This document shows, one piece after another, positions 50,951 through 59,428 of a DNA stretch of 64,000 nt. The stretch lies in contig CAWBOS010000012.1 in assembly GCA_963790475.1 (NCBI GenBank), positions 416,001-480,000 of the forward strand, read 5' to 3'. Position numbers and translations under genes: made by a program. The stretch is from an uncultured delta proteobacterium. Lineage in GTDB: Bacteria > Desulfobacterota > RBG-13-43-22. The notes beneath the pieces are model-generated. The model saw nothing but the letters and a program-made list of their open reading frames with translations, was not told the origin of the DNA and did no database searches. The stretch's first letter is position 1, and every line of letters begins with the position of its first letter.

Positions 50951-51956
50951 TCTGGGGTATTCACTTGACTAAGGTTACCCCAACATATAGTAATGGGGCG
51001 TGGAATCGTACCCCAAAAGTTTGACTGAATTTTAGTCTTGGTTTTCTTCGGAACAAGATTGTCGAGACTACCTTTATCGTTTGAGATGGCCGGAAGGCTT
51101 TATCTGTCCACGATGTGGGAACCCGGAAGCCTGGCCAATTGGTACTATGTTGTTCGAGTGTTCCGGTTGCCACTATCAGTTGTCGGTTGTAGCGGGAACA
51201 ATTTTTCAAGATACCCACAAGCCGTTGATGGTGTGGTTTAGGGCGATATGGTGGGTAACTGGACAAAAAAATGGAGCCAGCGCTCTGGGCCTTAAACGCA
51301 TCCTTGGTCTGGGAAGCTATCGCACGGCCTGGACCTGGTTGCACAAACTGCGTCGGGCCATGGTCCGTCCTGACCGGGACTGCTTGTCTGGTATTATTGA
51401 AGTAGATGAAACCGTTATTGGCGGAGAGAAACCTGGTAAACGAGGTCGTGGGGCGGCCGGTAAGGTACTCGTAGGTATCGCAGTCGAAGACAAGGGAGAT
51501 GACGGCGTTGGGCGAATTCGTCTTGGTATTCTTCCGGATGCCTCTGCAAACAGTCTCAACGCCTTTATTAAGGAAAGAGTCACGGGAGGAAGTACCATTC
51601 GAACCGACGATTGGCTTGGCTACAGCAAATTGGATTCTGTTGGTTATCGGCACGTCACTATTAAAAATACTGAATTGAAGCTTGCTCACTTGGTAGTATC
51701 TCTTCTGAAACGTTGGCTTCTGGGTACCCATCAAGGTGCAGTCAGTCATGAGCATTTAGCCTACTATTTGGATGAGTATGTTTTTAGATTCAATCGCCGA
51801 ACTTCGACTCACCGCGGCAAATTATTTATGCGCCTCCTGGAAAATGCTGTACAAATCGGACCGGTCACCCAATGTCAGATCATTCAGCATGTTAGAGGAC
51901 GCAAACCCAAAGAACACAACATATAGGGAATACCTTAGTCAAGTGAATACCCCAGA
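50951..51956 (+). mobile_element. IS1595-family insertion sequence (about 1.0 kb)
   Basis: Perfect TIR TCTGGGGTATTCACTTGACTAAGGT; flanking duplication TAGTTTTA (8 bp; also readable as 10-bp ATAGTTTTAT). Confidence 0.92.
51000..51926 (+). pseudogene. IS1595 transposase with amber stop at codon 12
   Basis: GTG-ESYPKSLTEF-TAG-SWFSSEQDCRDYL..RWPEGF.CP.CG; VDET, TDDW.GY, YLDE..FRFNRR. Confidence 0.8.
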
Positions 51957-52267
51957 TAGTTTTATATTCCTTTTTGCTGGCCTCATTGATGAGTGGGTTT
52001 CTTATTTATTCTTCACCTGGTTAATCTGAATCCCTCCTCCTTTTGCTAAAGGGAAGAAAAAATGCTGACGCATCAGCCAATGAAATGTCAGCAAGGGGGA
52101 AGACGTTGGAAACCGGAGGGCAGTTCTAACACGTCCAGACACAGCAAGAAAAGGATACTCTTTCTTGCCTACGGAAAACCTTTTTCTATTGACGGTGGCC
52201 TTTTAATGGGTAACCCTTTTCTCTCTTCTCTTCCTATTCTTCTTGGATATATACCCTGTCTTACGAG

Positions 52268-52760
52268 TTAGAGACGTTCCAATGGCATTGTCATGCAATG
52301 TGGGCCACCATTCCACCGAACCAATTCGTGACCTGGTAAAATAGTAACATCGATATTCAATTTTCGCAACGCATCTAGAGTGTGGACATTCTGATCATAC
52401 GCAATCACTTTGCCTGGCTTTGTAGCTATAATGTTGGCAGCCTGAAATATCAACTCTCTTAATACTCGTTCCACAATGTATTTAAAATTATCCCCATCGG
52501 GCAGACCTTCGGGGGATGCCCACCAACATAAATAATCTCAAATCCTTCTTTTTCCAAATAATCAATAAGCTTTATGCCGGTCACAGTTCTATCAAGCTCG
52601 CCGGTCCCAGCCTTATAGCGATTAATACGACCAATATCCTAAGACTGTTAGCGACTTTTTTTGCATTGTCCTTGTTAATCCCAAATAAATTGCCAAGACC
52701 TGAGATTATTTTTGTAAGGGGATCATTTCCAATGTACTTCGATTCAAGGAAGTAAGGTAC
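52268..52760 (-). pseudogene. Arginine deiminase/amidinotransferase 3' fragment, two frameshifts
   Basis: ELVRWNGGPHCMTMPL.R end; upstream segments VPYFLES.. and LIDYLEKEGFEIIYVGG in shifted frames. Confidence 0.7.
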
Positions 52761-53255
52761 TTGTCGGGTGTCGTAGCGCCTTTATTCGCCCCGGCGCCCA
52801 AAAAAAGGACAACACGACCTTGCCTAACTTGATTAATTAGATACGGTGGTAAATCCAACATTCCCCCTTAAGGGTAAACCATTTTTGAAAGGGGATCAAA
52901 TTTGCTCTTGGTGCTTTCTTTTTAGAAGCAAAGAAATAAACGTGTTAAAAAAGACAGAAAACCTATTAGTTCGGAATTTAGAAATATCTGCTCAGCTATC
53001 ACTTCAACCGGCAATTGAGCCCGGTAACCTGTTCCATCAAGCAAGAAAATGCTAACTTCACAAATTACTGGTGAAGGGATTTTTGAAAAGACAGGTACCC
53101 AGGAAGATTGGGTAACATTATGTTTATAAAGGAGAAAAATATGGAAGTCAACTAATTTCTTATTTTGCTAAATTGCGCTTGAAGTTTACCGCCATTTGTT
53201 TAATGATATGGACCTTAAAAGGCAACAAGGAAAACAACAGAGGTATAAAAAAATA

Positions 53256-53286
53256 GTGTTCGGTGTTCGGTGTTCGGCGTTCGGCG
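53256..53286. repeat. (GTGTTCG)n heptamer repeat
   Basis: GTGTTCG x3 then GCGTTCG. Confidence 0.75.
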
Positions 53287-53377
53287 AAAATCGATTTTCA
53301 TGTTTCGAGCTACCCAGGCGGGGCATTGAGGTTTAATAAGAGGATACCCTGACCATTGTTCCAATGATTGATAATTT

Positions 53378-54523
53378 ATGACCCTTTATTTAGATAATGC
53401 CGCATCGTCCCATCCCAAACCGGAACAGGTCTATCGGGCGTCTGATGATGCCCTGAGAAATATCGGGGCCAACCCCGGCCGCTCCGGGCACAAATTGGCC
53501 ATGAAAGCCAGTCAAAAGATTGCCCAGACCCGAAGTCTTCTGGCCCGGTTCTTCGAAATCAACGACCCCAGACGGATTGTCTTTACGGCCAACGCCACCG
53601 AGGCGATTAATCTCGGATTAAAAGGGCTCTTATATCCGGGAGATCATGTCATCACTTCTTCCATGGAACATAACTCGGTGGTCCGTCCCCTTCGGTTTTT
53701 AGAATCCCAGGGGATCGACCTTACTTTTGTCCCCGGCAACGCTCACGGACAAATTGAAATTCAGGCCATTGAAAAAGCCATACGGAAGAATACGCGCCTG
53801 CTCGTCCTGACCCATGCCTCCAATGTTACCGGGGGGATCATGCCCATCAGCGAAGCCGCCGTGTTGGCGCATAAGTATGGGTTCTTTTTGATGGTGGATG
53901 CAGCCCAGACTGCCGGCCTCGTTCCTATTTCGGTAGTCGATATGGGGATCGACCTCCTGGCGGCTCCGGGTCATAAAGGACTACTGGGACCGCAAGGCAC
54001 CGGGTTCTTATATATAGGTCCGGATATCTCTCTTCGCCCTTTAAAAGAAGGGGGTACGGGCAGTCAATCGGAATTGGAATGCCAACCTGATTTTTTACCC
54101 GACCGGATGGAATCGGGCACCTTGAATACCCCCGGTCTGGCCGGATTGGGGGCTGGGGTGGAATTTTTGCTCCAAGAGGGTTTGGAATTAATTAAGGAGA
54201 AAGAAATTCTCTTGAGCAGGATGATCTGGGATGGACTAAAAGAAAATCACAAAATCCGGTTATACGGTCCCGAAAAGGCGGAAGACCGCACCTCGACCAT
54301 TTCATTTACTATCGCCGGACTGAATCCCTCGGCTACGGCGTCCATCCTGGACACGGCCTATGACATTGCCGTCCGGGCCGGGTTGCATTGTGCGGTACTG
54401 GCCCATCGGACCCTCAACACCCTTCCCGAAGGAACAGTTAGGGTCAGTCCGGGGTTTTTCAATACCGAAAAGGAAATAGATTTTTTTCTGGAGGCCATCC
54501 GGGGAATTACAAAAAAGGTTTGA
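53378..54523 (+). CDS. Class V aminotransferase / cysteine desulfurase family protein
   Basis: YLDNAASS.PKP, EHNSV.RP, DAAQTAG, PGHKGL.GPQGTG, RAGLHCA. Confidence 0.88.
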   Translation: MTLYLDNAASSHPKPEQVYRASDDALRNIGANPGRSGHKLAMKASQKIAQTRSLLARFFEINDPRRIVFTANATEAINLGLKGLLYPGDHVITSSMEHNSVVRPLRFLESQGIDLTFVPGNAHGQIEIQAIEKAIRKNTRLLVLTHASNVTGGIMPISEAAVLAHKYGFFLMVDAAQTAGLVPISVVDMGIDLLAAPGHKGLLGPQGTGFLYIGPDISLRPLKEGGTGSQSELECQPDFLPDRMESGTLNTPGLAGLGAGVEFLLQEGLELIKEKEILLSRMIWDGLKENHKIRLYGPEKAEDRTSTISFTIAGLNPSATASILDTAYDIAVRAGLHCAVLAHRTLNTLPEGTVRVSPGFFNTEKEIDFFLEAIRGITKKV

Positions 54524-54574
54524 GTTTATAATAGTTGAACAGGTGTAACAGATTTGTTTTTCGAAACAAATGTT

Positions 54575-54768
54575 TTCACCGCAAAGACGCAGAGAACGCA
54601 AAGAAGAATTTTTATTGATTGCCGGTGAGGGGCCGGCAATCAATAAGCTTCGCTACCCTCCGGGGAATTAATTGGCCGGGGGCTAGAGTTGTTTTGTTCA
54701 ATTCCGCCTCTCCCGGAATTGAACAAATAATATGATTCTCTCTGCGTTCTTTACGTCTTTGCGGTGAA
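54575..54768. repeat. Long palindromic intergenic element
   Basis: TTCACCGCAAAGACGCAGAGAACGCAAAG .. CTCTGCGTTCTTTACGTCTTTGCGGTGAA arms enclosing ATTGATTGCCGG/CCGGCAATCAAT and TTGTTCAATTCCG/CGGAATTGAACAA hairpins. Confidence 0.8.
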
Positions 54769-54817
54769 CAAAAACTCTTCTTTAAAATAGTTACAGACTT
54801 ACGAAAAGGTAATTTTT

Positions 54818-55438
54818 ATGCTCATTCAAGCTATTTTCCTGACGGTTGTCGCCTACCTGGTGGGTTCCATTTCTACCGGTGTGGTCCTTTCCAAAATATT
54901 CGGCCAGGGCAATCTGCAGGCCGAAGGCAGTAAAAATATCGGGGCTACTAATGTCTCCCGCTTGATGGGTATGAAATGGGGAATCCTGACTCTGGTGGGG
55001 GATACGCTAAAAGGGATGCTGGTGGTCTGGGTAGGCCAATGGGTCTTTGCCGGTGAAGGAAATCAGGGGGTTCTTTTTATTGCGCTCATGGCCCTGGCCG
55101 TCTTTTTGGGCCATATTTTTCCGGTCTTTCTGGGTTTTAAAGGGGGAAAGGGCGTAGCCACTGCCTTGGGAATTTTTCTTCTCCTGGGCCCCAAAGCCAT
55201 CCTGGTGGCCCTTCTTCTTTTTATTCTGGTTGTCCTGCTGGGGAAATATGTCTCCCTGGGGTCTATCGTGGCCGCCGGTTTATTCCCTGTGGTGATGTAT
55301 TTTTTCCATTACAACAGGAACGTCGTCTTCCTGTCCATCGCCATTGCCGCCGTCATTATTCTCAAACACAAAGCCAATATCCTGCGCTTGATCAAAGGGG
55401 AAGAAAAACCCTGGCGATCCCCAAAAAAGGCCGCTTGA
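54818..55438 (+). CDS. plsY: Glycerol-3-phosphate acyltransferase PlsY
   Basis: GS.NIGATN, D.LKG, GH.FP.F..FKGGKGVAT, KH..NI.RL..G.E. Confidence 0.95.
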   Translation: MLIQAIFLTVVAYLVGSISTGVVLSKIFGQGNLQAEGSKNIGATNVSRLMGMKWGILTLVGDTLKGMLVVWVGQWVFAGEGNQGVLFIALMALAVFLGHIFPVFLGFKGGKGVATALGIFLLLGPKAILVALLLFILVVLLGKYVSLGSIVAAGLFPVVMYFFHYNRNVVFLSIAIAAVIILKHKANILRLIKGEEKPWRSPKKAA

Positions 55439-55503
55439 GGCGCCCTATCCCCTTTTTTGCCTTGAATAGTTCGAACGATCCTTAGATAGGATTATTAATC
55501 ATA

Positions 55504-56886
55504 TCATAGTACGGTTTTGTTTTTCCATCTCCCAAGGCGGAAATAAATAATGTAGGCCACCGCGCCGAACAATTGAGTGAGCACCATTGCCCAACGGATG
55601 CCGTAGACCCCAAGGTCAGTGATGTGCGGCAAAAGGGTGGCTGCCGGAAGCAATAAAGTCCAGGTGCAGAGAATACTGATCACCATGGGGGGCATAGTAT
55701 CACCGCTCCCGGAAATCGAATTCTGCAAGCTGGCAATAAATCCGGTCATCAGGTAACCGATGGAGGCAATTCTCATAAAGTTCGCTCCCAACCGTATCAG
55801 TTCAGTTTCGGCGGTGAATATGCGCATCAGGTTCGACGCCCCAAGAAAAACAGCGACGGCGCAAAGGGCCATAAAACCTTCCATTAGAGCAGTAGCGATC
55901 CAACCGGTGCGTTCGGCGCGATTCGGTTGCTGCGCCCCCAGGTTCTGTCCCACCAGGACTCCGGCACCGGCCCCGAGACCAAATCCGGGCATGAAGACAA
56001 ACATTTCCACTTGTTGGTTTAGGGTGTGGCCGGCTACGGCCAGTGTGCCAAAGGGTACGATGATTTTCATCAATACCGTCTGACCCAAATTAGACTGGAT
56101 ACCCATAACCAGGGACGGCAGGCCGATCTTGACCATTTGCCAGATGTTTTCCATATCCAGCCGGAATCCTTTAAGGGTCAGTCTGAGTCGCGACTTTTCA
56201 CCCAGGAAAAGAATCCACACGGAAATGACCATCCCCAGGCTTTGCCCGATGAGCATGGCCAGGGCCGCGCCCTGAACCCCGAGCCTGGGGAAAAACCACC
56301 AGCCGAAGACCAAGAAGGGGCTTAAGACCAGTTGAACACAACGAGTGAACAGGTGGATAAACATGGGGGTGGTGGCGTCTCCCGAGGCCTGCATGATGTT
56401 GAAAGCCAATAACCACAGAGAATAAAAAACCCACCCGCTGAACAGCATGCGCATATAGGCAGTGCCCAGAGCAGCTACTTCCGGTCGCAGTTTGAACAGG
56501 CCCATTATCTTATCGGGAAAGATCAGCCCCAGGGCACTGAAGAATATCCCAAAAATGAGGCTGACCACAAAGGCCTGGGTCCCGAGATGGTTCGCTCTTT
56601 GAAAATCCCCTTTGCCGATGGCCCGGGCAATCATGGCCCTGGACCCGGCGACCAGGCCCATCTTGGCCGACACCACCAGCATATGAACGATAAAAGCCGT
56701 GCCCACGCCGGCCACGGCCGCCGACCCCAGTCTTCCAATCCATATCATGTCCACCGCTTGACCGACCATGAAGAGCGCATAATGCACCATGATAGGCCAG
56801 GATAGGGACATAAGATTGCCAGTGACACTGCCTCTTACCCAGTCGCGGGGGAGAGCTCGCTGTTTGTCCGCGGCTTGTTTTCTCAC
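55504..56886 (-). CDS. MATE efflux transporter
   Basis: D..W.G.LG..AVAGVG, GDA.TPM, LGV.GAALA, VGQNLGA; start uncertain. Confidence 0.88.
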   Translation of the reverse strand: MRKQAADKQRALPRDWVRGSVTGNLMSLSWPIMVHYALFMVGQAVDMIWIGRLGSAAVAGVGTAFIVHMLVVSAKMGLVAGSRAMIARAIGKGDFQRANHLGTQAFVVSLIFGIFFSALGLIFPDKIMGLFKLRPEVAALGTAYMRMLFSGWVFYSLWLLAFNIMQASGDATTPMFIHLFTRCVQLVLSPFLVFGWWFFPRLGVQGAALAMLIGQSLGMVISVWILFLGEKSRLRLTLKGFRLDMENIWQMVKIGLPSLVMGIQSNLGQTVLMKIIVPFGTLAVAGHTLNQQVEMFVFMPGFGLGAGAGVLVGQNLGAQQPNRAERTGWIATALMEGFMALCAVAVFLGASNLMRIFTAETELIRLGANFMRIASIGYLMTGFIASLQNSISGSGDTMPPMVISILCTWTLLLPAATLLPHITDLGVYGIRWAMVLTQLFGAVAYIIYFRLGRWKNKTVL

Positions 56887-57173
56887 GTCAACCTTTGAAA
56901 AACTTTTGCTGTTGAGGTTCGTGAAAATCTCTCAGCTTTCATCAAACCTGCCCCCTATACCGCACGATAAACTCCAGACAGTATTCGGATTCCAGTTAAA
57001 AGAGGGGATTCCGGCTTTCACCGGGTCGAGTGTGTATTTCAATCTTCTTTTTTAGAAGGAAAACCAGAGATTGTCAAAAAGATTCGGTCAGGATCTTTTT
57101 AACTGGACCAAACCCTTGGTTACAAGGAAAGTTGGGTTAAGGGAAGCTTTCAGAATTTGGAAAATTATTTCAA

Positions 57174-58841
57174 TCACAGAGAAAGATCAGAGCCTTTTTG
57201 TTTTTGAGGACGGATTTCTTTTTCCCGCAGCTTATGGTGATAGGCCAGGGCAAAGCGATGGGCCTCATCGCGCACCCTTTCCAGAAAATGCAGGAGGGGT
57301 GAATCCGAAGTCAATCGAACCGGATTTTTTCTGTTGGGCAGGTAGATGCCGTCTTTGCCTTCCTGGGCTCGAAAGGTCTTTTTGGCCAGGGCCAGGATAT
57401 CCGGTCTTTCTTCGGCAGGGATTTTTTCCAATAAGTCTTTGAGGATATTTAATTGACCTTTTCCCCCGTCCACCAGGATCAGGTCAGGCAGTTTTGGATA
57501 ATGGTCGATCAGCCGTCCGATTATCTCGGCCATCATGGCATAATCATTGGGTTGCTCGATGGTCTTGATCCTGAAACGGCGATAGCTGTTTTTATCCTCT
57601 TGTCCTTTCCGGAATACCACAAAAGAGCCTACGGCCTGGTTCCCCTGGATATTGGATATATCCAAGCCGCCCACGGTCAGGGGGAGAGTTTTCAATCCCA
57701 GCTTTTCCTGTAGAGGTTTGGCTGTTTTTTCCTGGAAATTATCTTCGGGTTCCTTTTTCTCCAGGACACTTCGGCAATTATCTTCGGCCATAGTCATCCA
57801 GCGGCGGCCCTCTCCCCGACTGGGGATCCGGAGTTCAACTTTTTGCCCCTTTGATTCCGAAAGGACTTCTTCCAGAAGAATATGGTCCTGAAGGGAGATC
57901 GGGATCAGGATCGTCTGGGGAATATACTTTTCGCCCTGATAATACTGCTGAATTAAATCGGACAGACATTCATCGGAAGATTGGGCCGGATTCTTGAATC
58001 GAAAACGGGTCATTCCGGTCACCGATCCCAGGCGGACAAAAAGGATGACCACGGCAACGGCTTGATCCTGTTCCATCAGGGCAATGACATCGACATCAAT
58101 AAACCGGGGGGAGACGACCTTTTGCTCTTTCAAGGTTTCGGAAATAGCTAAGATACGATCCCTTAGGACCGCCGCCTCTTCAAACCTCAATTCCTCAGAT
58201 GCCAGGTGCATTTGCTTTTTCAGCTCTTTTAACAAATCTCGATTTCTTCCCTCCAGGAAAAAGACCACCTCCCGAACCCGCCGTTCATATTCCTCCCGAC
58301 TGATTTTGTCATGGCAGGGGCCAGGGCACTTGCCGGTCTGAAAATAAAGACAAGGTCGGGACCGCCGGGGCAGGTCTTTCTGGCGGCATTGGCGCAGCGG
58401 AAAAACACGTTGAAGGTACTCGACCGTGGCCCTCATTTTCCCGGCCGAGGAAAAGGGTCCGAAATAAACAGCCTTGTCTTTCTTGATCCGGCGGACCACT
58501 TGCAGGCGGGGATACGGTTCACTCAAACCGAGTCTCAAGCAGGGGAATTGTTTATCGTCCCGCAGGTCCACGTTGTAGCGGGGGCGATGTTTTTTGATCA
58601 GGTTGCTCTCCAGGATCAAGGCCTCTTTTTCATTGGCGGTGATTATATATTCCAGATTTTCCACCCGTTCCAGCAGGGCAGCGGTTTTAATATTTTCAAT
58701 TTTCAGATAAGAGGTTACCCGCTTTTTTAAATCCTTGGCCTTGCCCACGTAAAGGATCCGGTGTTCCTGGTCCCTCATTAAATACACCCCGGCCTGATGA
58801 GGAAAAGGGGACATGAGCTCTTTTAATTTTTGAAGATCCAT
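57174..58841 (-). CDS. uvrC: Excinuclease ABC subunit C
   Basis: GVYLM.D...LYVGKAKDL..RV.SY, D.SNIQG, DGGKGQL, RDEAHRFA; appears to lack the C-terminal HhH. Confidence 0.93.
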   Translation of the reverse strand: MDLQKLKELMSPFPHQAGVYLMRDQEHRILYVGKAKDLKKRVTSYLKIENIKTAALLERVENLEYIITANEKEALILESNLIKKHRPRYNVDLRDDKQFPCLRLGLSEPYPRLQVVRRIKKDKAVYFGPFSSAGKMRATVEYLQRVFPLRQCRQKDLPRRSRPCLYFQTGKCPGPCHDKISREEYERRVREVVFFLEGRNRDLLKELKKQMHLASEELRFEEAAVLRDRILAISETLKEQKVVSPRFIDVDVIALMEQDQAVAVVILFVRLGSVTGMTRFRFKNPAQSSDECLSDLIQQYYQGEKYIPQTILIPISLQDHILLEEVLSESKGQKVELRIPSRGEGRRWMTMAEDNCRSVLEKKEPEDNFQEKTAKPLQEKLGLKTLPLTVGGLDISNIQGNQAVGSFVVFRKGQEDKNSYRRFRIKTIEQPNDYAMMAEIIGRLIDHYPKLPDLILVDGGKGQLNILKDLLEKIPAEERPDILALAKKTFRAQEGKDGIYLPNRKNPVRLTSDSPLLHFLERVRDEAHRFALAYHHKLREKEIRPQKQKGSDLSL

Positions 58842-58899
58842 TTAAGGATAACCGTGAAAAGGTAAGTCTTAATCCATGCGGTCAGGAAAAATTGAAAGA

Positions 58900-59274
58900 T
58901 TATTTGCCCAGAAATCGGGCCAGGTCGGTGAGGTCTCTCTGAATTTCCTGAATTAAGGGGGCCAGACCGGAAGTACCGGTTTTCTCTTCTTCAACGGCCT
59001 GGGGCGTGGTCTTCTTTTCTTCTTTGGAGTGATGGAGCATTTTTTTTCTTGCCCCGGCGATGGTGAATCCTTCCTCGTATAGTAATTTCTTGATCTCGAA
59101 AATGATTTCCACGTCTTTACGGCGATACATGCGCTGATTGGAACCGAAACGGACCGGGCGGATCATCTTGAATTCCGTCTCCCAATAGCGGAGGACATAG
59201 GCTTCCAGTTGGGTCAGGGCGCTCACTTCCCCGATTTTGAAGTACTGTTTGTTGGGAATTCCTTCGGTGTCCAT
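58900..59274 (-). CDS. MerR-family regulator (pheT-associated type)
   Basis: [34 protein letters not shown]. Confidence 0.9.
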   Translation of the reverse strand: MDTEGIPNKQYFKIGEVSALTQLEAYVLRYWETEFKMIRPVRFGSNQRMYRRKDVEIIFEIKKLLYEEGFTIAGARKKMLHHSKEEKKTTPQAVEEEKTGTSGLAPLIQEIQRDLTDLARFLGK

Positions 59275-59428
59275 GGAGTCCCCCCTGTTGGAATAGGATC
59301 AAACCGTTCGGCGTTCGTCGAACGATACCGGGACGAACGAAATTTCCTTTTAATTATGAACCCATTGCTTTATGAATTCAATAAAATTAATCTTAAGGGT
59401 TTGGTAACCAATTCCCTTCGGACAGCAA

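Noticed and set aside
51033-51035. Pyrrolysine or stop recoding of the transposase TAG
   Set aside because: No pyl genes in the window; TAG is a normal stop elsewhere (atpA, rpsF); a GAG-to-TAG mutation is simpler
50961-51755. 264-aa minus-strand ORF in the IS
   Set aside because: Antisense to the IS1595 transposase; no independent motifs
52846-53055. 69-aa ORF and a sigma-54-like box near 53041-53056
   Set aside because: No RBS or homology; the box has AG instead of the invariant GG
56908-57060. Further eroded REP-core MITE (GGATTCCGGCTTTCACCGG)
   Set aside because: Only one arm and weak ends; boundaries cannot be defined
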